64,000 bases of DNA, from NCBI RefSeq assembly GCF_000002865.3, contig NW_001865080.1:123716-187715 (forward strand), given 5' to 3'. Of this stretch, positions 18,977-31,685 are shown one piece after another. Every line of letters starts with the position of its first letter. Position 1 is the stretch's first letter. The stretch is from Monosiga brevicollis MX1 (lineage: Eukaryota). Under the pieces are notes generated by a model that saw only the letters and a program-made list of their open reading frames with translations, was not told the origin of the DNA and did not search any database. Made by a program: the position numbers and the translations under genes.

Positions 18977-19541
18977 GCAACGGATTTGCACCGCGTGCTG
19001 TCTGCTGCCCGAATGGGCCCAGTGTCAAGCATGCCAGTCGTGACGAGTTGCGCTGTATCTTCTTAATGTCCCTGTTGTTTTCGTACTGGACGCGCCTACA
19101 GTGACGCGCCCTACCTTACATATCGTCCTCTCATCCACTGTCATCCATCATGGAAAAAAATGTTAATTGACAAGTGAGATAAAAGACTCTTCAATGTGCC
19201 TTGACCTGAACTAATAACCTGACAACCGGGGCTTGTCACAACAGCTGCAAATTGTTTTTCTCCGTCTGTCGGTCTGTCCTTCTTTCTCCGCATTGTGAGT
19301 GATTTTGAATGGTGTGTTGTTGTTGATTAGCCAAAATGACGAGTGACAGAGTGGATTACGGTAACTTGGGGACATGGGCCACACGCGGGCCTCGGGGCAC
19401 GGCACCAAGGCCTCGACCCAAACAACACGAGCTCTGCCCAGACTGAGAAAAGAGGAAACCCGAAAGCCCCTTGTGCACATGCGCACACATATGGAGAGCC
19501 CGGGGGCACAAGCTAATCAGCACGCTGCAAAAAGACTTGAC

Positions 19542-20833
19542 TTACAACGTGTCTTCGTCGCGCAGGTACTAGCATCGAGCGAGAGCAAAATAAGAGATGA
19601 GTCAAAAAAATAAAAAATAAAAAAATTGAAAAATAAAAAATGAAAAAATACATCCCCCGCCCGCCTTTCAGTTGGACTCGGATGAAGAGGTTAAACATAC
19701 CTCGCCGACATCGGCCTGGCGGTAGATGACAATGGCGGCCGGGTCCAGCGTGCGGCACTCTTGGGTTGACTTGGAGGTGGCACCAAATCCCTGTGTTTGG
19801 GCATGATACCATCACACCAGGTGACACCAGGTGAGGACAGATTAAAGAAGCTGACAACCAGGCGCGGGGGCGTAGCAGGCCGAGCACCCCCAGAGCACCC
19901 AGGACGGTACGCGGCGTGATGGAGCAGGCACCAGACTGACCAGCGGGATGTTATTAATGTTGTAGACGACCACGCCCTGGTGTTGGGGTGTGTTCTCAGT
20001 CATGCGAGCCAGACCACTCTTGAGCACGTGATTGCCGTACAGGAACGACTGTTCTGAAGACTGCTTCACCCAGACCTTGTACTACGCCAACCGGCACCGA
20101 TTCGATCCGAGACATCAAGCAATTTCAGCACAGCACACAGGGTCGAGCATATGGATGGTGAGGCGGCAGTCTCAACAAACTGGGTAGTCACGACGGAGGG
20201 GGGGGGGGGGGGGGGGTTCGCAACAAGAGGTGGAGGATGAAGAAGGTGGATGAGGGCAGCGGGTCCGAACCTGGGCATAGGGGGCCAAGTACGTCAGGGC
20301 GGTGACGTGGAGCTTGAACTGGTTGGACTTTTTTGTAAACTTGCCAAAGCAAGTACCGAGGCTGATCAAGTTCTTCTGACCAAAAGACGTGGCCCGCTTC
20401 ATGATGGCATCACTATCCATGCAAAAGGGTTAATGCCCCGGGTGGGGAGGAGGCAGAGCAAGATGCAAGTTGTTGAATCAGATGCAAGCGGGCGACGGGC
20501 GTGGAACACGGCGCATGGTCTGGTGCGCATGACATGGAGCACCCGTTTGGCCATGGATCTGACCTGACATAGAAGACGCGGTCACGGTGCAGGCGGAAGA
20601 CGTAGAGGCCATCTGGTCGGTCAATCAGCAGCTTGACATTGGCGCCGATACTACATTCAAACACGGGATGGAGAAGCGAGGCAGGCATGAGGCCAAGGGT
20701 CACCTCCAGCAGCGTTGGGAAGCGACGACGGGGGAGATGGCACACACAACACGACGTGCGTCTCGTCGCCGACGTACTACTTGGTCAACTTCTCAAAGAA
20801 GATGGTCGTTTCCTCCTCAGTCAAAGGACGCAT
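19542..20833 (-). CDS. NIP7: 60S ribosome biogenesis protein NIP7 (PUA domain), six exons
   Basis: [53 protein letters not shown]...[13 protein letters not shown]...[20 protein letters not shown]...[31 protein letters not shown]...[17 protein letters not shown]. Confidence 0.95.
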
Positions 20834-21120
20834 GCTGAACAGGTCACTGTCAAAACACCAAACCCTTGCCCCCACAAAATCAGCTCTGGCCGCCCCCGCT
20901 TCGTTCGTACGCTGGTCGCCCCGAGCTGGAACACACTTGACACTCACACAGCGCGCGCGCGTGAGAGAGAGAGAGAGAGAGAGAGACGTGTGTGTGGCCT
21001 CGTGTGTAAATGTTGTGAGCGAAAGTGTGGCTCATGTCAGACTTTGCTACAGCATCGTTGTTTGTCAGAAAAAAAAACTTTCGTGCTGTAAGGATAAGCA
21101 ATGATACTCCTTGTTTCTCG

Positions 21121-21410
21121 CTTTCTCTCTCTCTCTCAAGCTCTCTCTCTCTCAAGCTCTTTCTCTCTTTCTCTCACTTTCTCTCAAGCTCTCTCTCTCT
21201 TTCTCTCAAGCTCTCTCTCTTTCTCTCAAGCTCTCTCTCTTTCTCTCTCTCAAGCTCTTTCTCTCTCTCAAGCTCTTTCTCTCTCTCAAGCTCTTTCTCT
21301 CTCTCTCTCAAGCTCTCTCTCCCAAGCTCTCTTGCTCTCTCTCTCTTGAGCTCTCTCTCTCTCGAGCCCTCTCTCTCACAAATTCCCTCTCTCTCACAAA
21401 TTCTCTCTCT
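21121..21410. repeat. (CT)n-CAAG degenerate tandem array
   Basis: Repeated ctctctc..caag units between the divergent NIP7 and orphan gene starts. Confidence 0.85.
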
Positions 21411-21449
21411 CTGTCTTGTGGTTACATGTTGATGATTATTTCGAGGAAG

Positions 21450-22644
21450 ATGAGTGGGGCGCAAGAGGGCAGCGCGGGGCGGCGGTCTGGCGGGGCGGAG
21501 GCGGAGGCGGCGGGTAGTGGGGAGAGTTTGGTGCATGCGTCATCGGGGCATGGTGCTGGTGGACCAGGCGAAGGCAATGCTGGCGCTGCCAAGCGTGGGG
21601 GGGGTCATGGCCATCAGCGGGGCGGGCCCCCTTTGATGCGTGAGACGTGCGTTGGTTATTGGCAGAACAAACCCAAGCCTGGTCAACCGCCGGTCAACCC
21701 TCGGGAGCCGTGTGGGCGCTGCTACGGCCTCAGCATTGTCAGCGTGGAGGTGGGTGGACGCCTGCCTGCCTGTTTGTTTGTTTGTTTGTTTCTTCTTGTT
21801 TTAATTGGCCAATGGGCTCGGTGTCGCGGTGTTGCCAAGTTGTCGTGGCCAAGCGGTCCACGACGCTCTCTTCGACGGCGGGGCTTGATGCTGTGATGCG
21901 GCGGCTCGGCACTCACGTCACCCGTGATTGTGCCGTGTTGCTGGTTTTATAGAATCGTCCGGTTCCGCACCCAAACGAACTCGCTGCGCTCGCGGGCTTC
22001 CGCGTTCTCATTACTCAAAATACCAAACCGTACGGCCTGTGCGCGCGCGCAGCCATGTGTCTTTCAGACACGTCGTGGCTTTGCCGGGTCGCTTGAACAC
22101 TCTATAGAATCGCTAACCGAATGCCCTTGTGTCCACATGCTTGGCAGTGTTGATGCCCGGGCAGCAGGCAACCCACGCGAGGCAAGCGCACCAGCCTCGA
22201 CTGCCGGCCGCCAGTCGGGCCCTGCTGAACGACAACCGTCCTGGTGCGTGGCCCCGTGGCGTTGGTCGAGAACCATTGTTCTTTTCTTTCATGGCCGGGT
22301 TGCTCGCGTCAACAAGCCCGGCTCCCTCGCCACGCTCACCTCCTGCCTCCTTTTGCTGTCTCCTCTGATTGAGCTGCTGCAGGTCGGAGCGAGCCATGCA
22401 GGGAGCTCAAGCACGAGCTCATGACCTGCAAGACAAGTTCCAGGACCGCGAGCACGCGCGAGAAACGCTGCAGGAGTGGCGCACAAAAGCCCAGGATGCG
22501 GCGGCTGTTCAATGGCAACATTTGGTCAAGGCAGCAGACCAAGCCTTTTCTACGAGTACCCTGACAGGAGCTTACCAGTTGGGTCGGCACACCGTCTCTC
22601 AAGCACAAGATGCCATTGCTTGGCTGGCCAACACGCTCTTGTAA
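21450..22644 (+). CDS. Hypothetical protein, four predicted exons
   Basis: ATG at 21450. Exons about 21450-21749, 21953-22029, 22148-22243 and 22383-22644 join in phase over GT-AG introns. Product: Gly-rich N-terminus, CVGYW...PCGRCYGLS, helical C-terminus (ERAMQGAQARAHDLQDKFQ...IAWLANTLL-TAA). No family recognised. Confidence 0.55.
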
Positions 22645-23318
22645 CTCTTCCGGTCACCTCTGGCCCGACACACCACGGCCCATCTTGGCCAGTGCTGACC
22701 GGAGCGTCCTTGCACGATCCGGCTGCTCGTGCCGCGCTGTGCGCGATTCCCTTTTTTTTTTTTTTTTGGTTTTTTTTTTTTGGTTTTTCTCCCGACCTGC
22801 CCTTGGTTGTCATTAGAATCGATCAAGGCCACGCTTTACCAAAAGGGTTAGGATTTGTTTCAGCACTTGAGAGCTAGAACACGAGCCAGTACAAAGACGG
22901 GCGCTCAAAGGAAGGTGGAGGGGAGCCAGGCTAGTAGATGCAATTGGCATGCCAATGGTCGGCAACGAACAAACGAACAAACAAACAGCGCGCAAGCCAA
23001 CTGGACAAGCCGATGGTTGAGACGAGACGAAGGCAGCCGCGCGTTGCATTCCAGAACCATCAAGGAAAAGAAAGAAACATTGCGCAGAAAGCAACAGGAG
23101 GCCTGGCAACAACACCTCAAACAAGGCGATCAAAGGAAAAGTCATTCACCGAGTCGACGAGTGCACGGCGCAAAGGGGCTTGTGCATACAGGTTGACGTA
23201 TCAAATCCAAGAACAAAAACAAGACAAAGATAAAGGAAGGGGCATGAACAAGGCGCAAGACGTCACGGCGGGAAACGAAAAGAGCAAGGAAAGGTCAACA
23301 CAGTGACAACAAACGACC

Positions 23319-24108
23319 TCAGGCCGTGGCAGCTTGCGGGGTATCGGTGGAGGACTTTGTACGGTAGTCCTTGATGGCCGCCTGAATGGCCTGCTCTGCC
23401 AGCATGGAGCAATGCAGCTTGACGGGGGGCAACCGGAGCTCCTTTGCCAGGTCTGAATTCTGAATCTTGGCCGCCTCATCAATCTACCAAAGCAAACAAG
23501 GGGGTGAGCAAGAGCAAGCAGCACGACCCGGAAGGCGGGGAGGAAGATCTTGAGCAGAAGAGCCAAGGACACGCCAACAAAAAGAAAATTAAAAATAAAA
23601 ATAATACTTAAAGAAATAAGAAAACAAACGTACGTGCAGACCCTTGATCATGACGGTGGCCAGAGAGCTGGAGGCGATGGCAGAACCGCAGCCAAACGTC
23701 TTGAAGACGGCCTCCTTGATCATGCCGTTGTCATCAACCTCAATCTGCAGCTTCATAACGTCACCGCAGGCAGGGGCCCCGACCACACCCGTGCCGACCT
23801 TTTCATTGGCCTTGTCCAGCGAACCGACGTTGCGAGGATTTTCGTAATGGTCAATCACCTGCGCACAAGCCAATGGAAGCGTCGTGTTCAAGAGTCGATG
23901 AGGAAAGGGCGCAAGATGTTGGGCTGACGTGTCGGGGGCGAGGCGAGAGAGTGCGAGAGAGTGCGAGAGTTTGTGTGAGAGTGAGCGATCGACGGACGTT
24001 TTGATGATAGCGACGGGCCGCCACGAGGAACCGAGGGGCGGAGGAGAGGGTGGCGGGGTTGGCAGCCGCAACCACACCCTGCAAACGCTGAGCAGCCAAG
24101 CGCAACAT
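23319..24108 (-). CDS. ISCU: Mitochondrial iron-sulfur cluster scaffold ISCU/Isu1, three exons
   Basis: Arg-rich presequence MLRLAAQRL..., then YHQN|VIDHYENPRNVGSL...GAPACGDVMKLQI...FKTFGCGSAIASSS...|...ELRLPPVKLHCSMLAE. All three Cys and LPPVK are present. Introns 23859-23997 and 23484-23633. Confidence 0.97.
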
Positions 24109-24397
24109 CTACAGCACAAAGAGGCCCAGCAGGTTCCGAACCATTGTGAGAGACGGCCACTACCACACACAGGCATACGTGGCCAGAGCTAAGCAACCAG
24201 CTAAGGATAGCTCAGCCAGGAGATTGCCAGACAAACCTTTCAAGGTGCTGTAAAACCCCGACACAACAAGCGTAGCGTCCGACTCAACCGGGCAGCGCAC
24301 GACGCAAACACAGATGCTCAAGTGCTTCAAATGGCAGTCGACCACAGAGAGAGAGAGAGAGACACAGAGAGAGAGAGCGAGAGCCGAAAAAAAAAAT

Positions 24398-24436
<39 letters not shown>

Positions 24437-25779
24437 GCAGAAGCAATCGCAGCAGAGCGTTGAAGAGGGTTAGAGGTGTGATGGAAGAGCGCTTTGTTTC
24501 AATGGAAAAGCGCATGTAAAACAAGTGAAAGGGAGAGAGAAGGACAAGTCAGCAAAGTCAGAGAGAACAAAAGAAACGCCCCAAGCCAAGTCTTCCTTGC
24601 ATGCCTCAAGGCCCAACTACCAGTATCATGGCAGCGCCGCCGAGGCGTGCGCGCTTCTTCAGGACCCTTGAAGCGATAATCGGCAAGGACACCCGCTGCC
24701 CTTTCTCGACTCGGATCTCACACACACGTTCCACTCGGTCAACGAGCAGCAAGCCCGAATGGAAGCGACCGACGACAGCCGTCAGCAGATGTTTACACGT
24801 GTGATCACAGCTGCCGTCCGAGAAGGCAACAAGCGATACTGTGATAATATTCACACTTTACGCGGCTCAAAGTGTAACAAACGTACAGATGATAAGGTTT
24901 ATCGTTGGGAGGTTAGTGGCTTCGACATGCGTCATAGCATCAGAACGACGCAATCACACATCATGCTCAGATCTGCCAAACAAGACAGGTTGTGTATTGT
25001 CGAGGCCAAGTTTTTCTCCGTTAAACCTATACCCAATTTCCCATTGCCATAAGAAATGTCAGATTTTAGTTGGGAGACGAATGTCAGCATTTTTACGGAT
25101 TTTCTCACCGGAGCCATTGGAGGACAAGTTCCGAGGGCGTAGGGAGACAGTGACGCAGCGTCGACGGGCCGGCGGCAGGACTTGCACAGCGGTGGCAGGA
25201 GTGTGGCGGGGGGGAGGGGAACAGAAAGAAAGGATCGCTAGGGTGTGGTAAAGGGCAAGGTGTCTGTGCGTAGCGAGCCTGAGGACGCAATCGGCTACGC
25301 GAGCCAGCAAGGCACAAGGCGCCTTCTTGCGGTCAACTGCTGGACACATGGTCACAAGAGGGTGGGTGTGAGTGTGTGTGTGTGAGTGACGACAAGAGTC
25401 ACAAGAGTTATACAACGCTCAAAAAGGAAAGCAGCGATCCGAGCGCGTTCAGCCCATAGATAGGATAGAAGCAGAGAGAAGAAGTGCACAGAGAAGGGGG
25501 GGGACAGAGAGAGACAGACCGAGACACCGAGACAGAGGCAAAGGGACCGAGACACTGAGATAGTGGCAGAGAGACGGAGCCCAAGAGAGAGAGACAGAGC
25601 CCAAGAGAGAGAGAGAGACAGAGCCCAAGAGAGACAGAGAGAGATCGAAGAGAGACACACAAGCGCAAGGAGGAAGAACACAAAAAGTACCACTAGAAGT
25701 GGTATACTTTATCACACTTTCACATGTCGATACTTGCTGTGTGTGTTCATTCAGTGGATTTCGTATTGTACGCACACTG

Positions 25780-26270
25780 TCTCAAACTCTCAAACTCTCC
25801 CGATCTCTCTCTGCCTCTCTCAAACTCTCTCTGTTTCTCGCGAACTCTCTCAAACTCTTTCAAGCTCTCTCAAACCGTCTTAAACCGTCTTAAACTCTCT
25901 CAAACCCTCGCAAACTCTCAAACTCTCTCTCCATCTCTTCCCCCTCTCAATCTCTCGCTCAATCTCTTTCTCCCTCTTAATCTCTTGCTCAAAGTCTCTG
26001 TGTCTCTGTCTCTTGTGTCAAAAAAAAAGACCAGTTGGACTGAACCTGAACTGGACTCGACTTTACTTCTCTCACGACATCTATTCATATCGTTCTCTCT
26101 CTGCGATTTCTCACTCTGGGATGTCTCTCTCTCATTTTAACGTCTTTCTCTTGCTGTTTTTCTGAATGTTAAACCTCATGCCCCCACTCTCTCTGATTTC
26201 TGATCTTTCTTGATCTCATTCTCTCGTTAACGTCTCTCTCTCTCTCTCTCTCCCTCTCTCTCTCTCTCTC
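25780..26270. repeat. CT-rich degenerate array (CTCTCAAA/CTCTCAAG units and (CT)n)
   Basis: Low-complexity pyrimidine tract upstream of the adaptor gene. Confidence 0.7.
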
Positions 26271-26646
26271 ACTTATCGCTGTGCCGGTCGGGTCGTGGTG
26301 CTCGGTTTCTGGCTGCCTGTCGGTGCGCCTGCGTTCGCCTGCTTCAGTGCTGAAAGGGAGGCGCGTGTGTTGATTCTAGCAGCCGTTGGGGCTGATCGTT
26401 GCCTGGGGTTTGATAAATGCAGTGTTGGGTGTTGATCGTGTTTGACGGCAAACCCGAGCCTGGGCACGGGCAGACCACATCGTCCCCGCCAGGCCATGAG
26501 CATGCTCGGCCCGCGGCCTGCTTCCTAAAAGCAGAGAAAAGCCAACGGCAGACCCTGCCCTTGCCGCTGTCACTTGAGCCCAAACGCGTTGCCTTGCTCA
26601 ATCTTTGACGCCTTTTTGCGCATTGATTTTAATTTTGACCGTCGCC

Positions 26647-27788
26647 ATGCCAGGTAAAGTGCCTGAGCCCTGCGCGCTGCTGCTGCCCTTGCTCTCTCTC
26701 TCCCTCTGTCTCTCTCTGTCTCCATGTGTACTCTTCTCTAGCTTGTTCCATCTTCCAACGCATGCATGCTCTCTCACCACATTTCCATCTGATTGATTGC
26801 ACGTAGCTGCACCCCCGGTCGCCCCCCGCCCTCGGTATGCTGCCCCGCTGCCCCCAGATCCCGCGTACATTGTCCCTTCACAGCTCACCGGTGTTTTTTT
26901 TTTTCACCCCCGCCACCTCCTCAGGCCGCCGAGCGTCACTAGACCAGAAGCTTCCAATGATACTCACGCGGCAGATGCAGCCGCCGCTACCCAGGGCCCC
27001 ACCCCAACGCCGCGTCCCAAACCCAAGCCTCGCCCTCGCCCTCCCTCCCAGGCTACCAGCTCGGGCTCCTCTGCTCCCACTACCCCTGAACCAATGGCCA
27101 CAACTGCTCCACAACCTACCATTCCTGAACAGCCTCCCGCATCGGAATCCCCTTCACATTCCCACAGCCCGGCCCCAGACACGGCCGCAGACCTCAACCC
27201 GACCCCAATCGAGGTCCCCACCCCCGCTGAACCAGTGGCTGCTCCTCCCACAACCTTGGACGGTGGGGAAGACGACGACGATGACAACTATGAACTTCCC
27301 GATCCCATCTTGTCTTCTCCTGGCCGGGGCATGGCTGCTCCTCCTGCCGCTGCCCAAGATGGCGATGATGAAGAGGACAACAGCTACGAATACTGTGATA
27401 CCGCTGGTCTACCCATCAACCCCAGCGTTGCCCCCTCCAGCCTACCAGCCGACGAGGATGAAGAAGGCGATGACGCAAATGATTATGACAACCTCGACGA
27501 ACAAGGCGACACCCTGCCCCCTCTTCCCCCGCGCCGGTACGCTGGCTTCCTTACGCTGCTCAAACCATGCCCCCTTTGCCTTCATAAGAAGAAAAAGGGA
27601 CGAAAAAAACCCCCATGATTTCTTTGGGTCCAATAAGGACATGCCTCACGTTTTGTTTTCACCCAGAGTGGAACCCGTTCCCGAGGTGCCCTCGCGTGCC
27701 TCCCGTCCCAAACTGACCCCAGAGCCGAAGATCCTGGTCCGCAAAGACAAGCGTTCCACACGGTGCGTAAAGCAGGGCTCCATTACCT

Positions 27789-27851
<63 letters not shown>

Positions 27852-30735
27852 ACCCATAGCATGCCTGCTGCCTTTTCTGACCCCCCCCCACCACCACCTC
27901 CCCTGAATTTCTGGCAGCCTTCCCCCTCGCCCGTCCAAGCCGCCGCCCTCGACGCCCGCGAGCACCACCGTGACTCTTGTCACAGATGGTACTCCACCCC
28001 CGCGCCCGCCCAAAAGCCTCCCCGCCGATGCCGATCCCGCCCCAATCGCCAGTAATCGCCGCACCCCTCCCAAGTTACCCAACACTGCCGTCTCTGCACG
28101 CCGTCCTCACGGCGAGGATAGCGATACAGACGGTACGCGTTCATTGCAGTGTCCTGTTTAATTTTTTGTTTTTTGTTTTTTTTGTTTGTTTGTTTTTTTG
28201 TTTGTTTGTTTGTTTGTTTTTTTCATTCCACCGCTCTGTCTCTGGGTCGCCTGCCGCAACCCTGTCACTCCACTCCCCGTTCCCCAATGCGCCTCTCGTG
28301 CAGATGACATGGATAACTATGACGAAGCGGATGAAATGTTCCGGGGCAAAAATCAACTTGCCCAGATTCGCGTAGACCACAGCAGCAACACATATCTCGA
28401 ACCTCAGCAAGGGCAGGAAGAGGTCTACGTGGCTAAAAAACGCGAGTCGGCCATCTGCCGCACAGACTCGATGGCTTCGGTTCGATGCACCTCGCCCACT
28501 GCCCAGGATAATGCTGCTTTGCGCCAATCATGCAAATGCCTCACTTCGTCACCTGTCGCACCCTCTTCGCCACCTCCTTAGAATGCCACCGCAACCTCTG
28601 GTGGAGGCGAAAGCAATCCGGGGTCAACAGCACCCGAGCTTCCCCAGGTTCGTGCTCTACCTGCTTTGCGGCCTGTTATTGAGACAACACCCAGTTCACC
28701 GGCCTTGAAACACTGCTTGTTACTGCGTAGCCCTACGCCAAGGCTGACACTGATGAGGAGGAAGGTGAACCTCAGGCTAGCGCCGCAGCCTCAACCGGTC
28801 TTTCGGGCATCGCAGAAGCCCCGGCGGGCAGCGGGGGCGAGGGCGAGGGTGAGGGCGAGGGCGCAGCAGATGTGTTTGCCTCTGGGAGCAAGCCCCAGGC
28901 TTCCACGGGCGCAACGCCAGCTCCTGCCCAAGCAACCGTGCGTTTACGCTTTGACTTGAGTATGGGTACCCGTGCCCAATGCCTGGCACGCCTTGCTCAT
29001 GGGCCTTTACCCGCCACCTCCCTTTCCTAAAACAGAAAAAGCCACCGACGCGCAAGCGCTCGGGTGGAGGCCTGTTTCGCCGCAAGAAATCCGAAGCCGT
29101 CCCGGAGATTTCGGAGGAGGATCGAGCCTTGCTGGATGAGTGCAAGGCGCGCACCGAGACGTGTGGCCAAGGCCGTGTGACCAAGGCACCACCTGCGTCA
29201 TCTCTTCACGAAACGTTTTTGCCCATTGCGCTCGGCGAACGCCTGGAGATTTTGGAAATGAGCCGTGGGCCCAGCGGCGTGTGGGTGTGTCGCAACGCCA
29301 ACAAGGCCGTGGGCTTTGTCAACAACCAAAACGTGGAAATGGATGTTTCTTCGGTGCGCCTCCTGCTAGAAGCGGTCCCCAAACCGGCCAAGCTTGAAAC
29401 AACTGTTGAGGGTCTTCCCTTGGACATGAAGGGCAGCGTTGTCGGCGTGGCCGTACTGTCCCCCGAGGAGATGGCCAAGCACCGAGAGCGTCACCAAGCA
29501 CCAGCAGCGGTGGCCAAGACATCAACGGATGCGGCGCCGGCGCCCGGTACCGACCGTGATGTGGCGTCTGCAAGCTCTTCTGCTCCGCCGGGAGCGGAGA
29601 CGGGTGCGGATATTGACGAAAGTGCCCCCCTGCCCGTGTACGAGTCTTTGGAGAACCCCACGGATGATGCTCAAATATACGACACGGCAGACCACGTGTC
29701 CCGTGAACCGACCATGTATGCAGACGCCGATGCCTTGGCCCTAGACTCGAGCGTATACGCTGCTGCCAACGATATGTCCGACGAGGAGGAGGGCCCGGCT
29801 AGCCCAACCCCGCAGCCGTCATTGCCCCCACGACCAAGCCCCCGCGCTCCAGCCCTTCCCCCACCGCGTGGTAGCCAAGAGAACATTCGACGCGTACCGG
29901 CCGATACCAGGCCAGTTGACGGAGACATTTATGAGAGCGTGGAAACGGAAGCTGAGCCCTCGAATGACCAAGCCGCTCGCAAGCGCTCGCTTTCACCCCA
30001 GCCCGACGTGTACGAGAGCGTGGACCTGGAAGGTCCTGGCAGCGGGGCTGCAGAGACGGAAACCGATGCCGTGTATGAAAGCATGGATACAGAGCAGGCT
30101 ACTCATGGCGCTGGGGACGAGAAAGACCCTGCCATTTATGAGAGCATGGAGACGGCTGAGGGTGGGCCCAGCGAAGTGACCGCCGCTTCCGACACCCAGC
30201 CGGACCCAACCTCAAACATGCTGGTATCTGAGGATGGTGAAATATGTAGGTCGAAATGAATCAATGCTGTCATACAATGCGAGTTGACATGCCTTTCTGA
30301 CCTTGGTTCGCATGGCGTATCTGTGTGTCCGTGTCCGTGTCCGTGTCCGTGTCCGTGTCCGTGTCTGTAGACGAAGATATGTCAGATGCCAATGTGCCCA
30401 ACTCAACGCTCCCACCATCGGAGGCAGAGGTGCTGGACGCCCTGAACGAAGGTGATGAAGTGTATACGGCCATGGACGAGGCGCCCGTGACCCTGCGCAA
30501 GCGTTACGAAGTGGTGGTACGTCTTGCCCCGCGATTGAACCGTTCCCCCTGTCCACAATTGTGGCTTTTTTTTTTCTTCTTCTTCTTCTTCTCCTTCTTC
30601 TTTTTTTCTCCCTTGTTCTTCTTACGCGGCTGCATGTTGGGTCGCGCTCCACAGTCCACCACGGAACGTGAAGGGACCGAGTCGCCACCGCCCGTACCGC
30701 CACCTCGGCGTGAATCCAAGGATAGCGTGGTCTGA
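26647..30735 (+). CDS. Pro-rich multi-tyrosine adaptor with a helically extended SH3-like domain (ADAP/FYB-like), about ten exons
   Basis: gccATG at 26647 followed by a GTAAAG donor. In-phase exons give MPAAPPVAPRPRPPSV..., many PxxPxR motifs (PPLPPRR, PEVPSR, PPRPPK, PSLPPRP, PALPPPR, PPVPPPRR) and acidic Tyr motifs. Folded core at about 29100-29360: FLPIALGERLEILEMSRGPSGVWVCRNANKAVGFVNNQNVEMD. TGA at 30733-30735. Middle exons are less certain. Confidence 0.75.
27797..27853. repeat. (CA)n microsatellite, intronic
   Basis: Directly visible. Confidence 0.9.
30325..30366. repeat. (GTGTCC)n hexamer repeat just before a splice acceptor
   Basis: About seven tandem copies ending near ...tgtag. 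Confidence 0.85.
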
Positions 30736-31685
30736 GTCGGCTGTGCCAGCCTAGCCCCATCCACAGCCCGCTTGTTCTCTGGGTCCTATCGCTCACCCCA
30801 ATCTTACCAACCTTTGTTGTCTTTTCTTTTCTATTCTCGACCTCGACCCCTGTCTTGTGCGCGTGCATTTCGTCCCTCATGGTTGCATCTGGCGGTTTCA
30901 TTGGTTTCTGCTTTTGTACTCGTGCCTCTGGTTTTTTGCTTCTTCTTCTTCTTCTTCTTTCTTTTCCTGTTTAATGTTTGATGTTTTTAGTTTTTGCCAG
31001 ATTCACCACATGCCTCTCTGCTTGCTCCCGATCGCTGCTCTGTGGTCTGTGTCTTGTATGCACGTTCGTCATGTTGCCCGAAACGGTCGGTCGCCTTGTG
31101 ATTTGGTGTCCTCTGACCCAAATCCCGGCAGTTGGTTCGCCGGTTTTCTCTAGCTGACTCTTTACCCTCTTATTTGTTCCATTGTTCTTCACTTGCTCCC
31201 TCTTTCTTTCTTTTTTTTTCTTTTTTGGTTCTGGGACCTTGTGAATTTACTACCTACCCAGCGCCCTGATTGATTGAGGCCAGCTTTTGTCAGAAAATAC
31301 AACTTGTTGTAATCTGAATACGTTTTCGAAGAATAACACCCCCACAATGATACAAACATTTCCATCCCATTCCAGCTCTGGTTCTTTGTGATATGCTGAT
31401 ACTTTTGATCCTTTTGCTCGATTTGATCCCCTTTGGGCTATTTTGTCGGTGTTGTTGTTTCGAGCGGAACGGGAACGACGAGATCGAGTGGTCACTGGCT
31501 GGTGGCGTCGGTGTCTCAGACTCGATTGCCAGGGCGGCCAGGTCCCTGGGCTACCTATCAAGGCGAGCATTGAAACAATTGGAAAGGGCCGGTGACGGGT
31601 GGAGCGTTTGTGCCAATTGCCGGCACACAACAGAGACGGCTGTGTTAAGACTTGTTCGACCGTCAGTCGACGACTCACCTTCATC

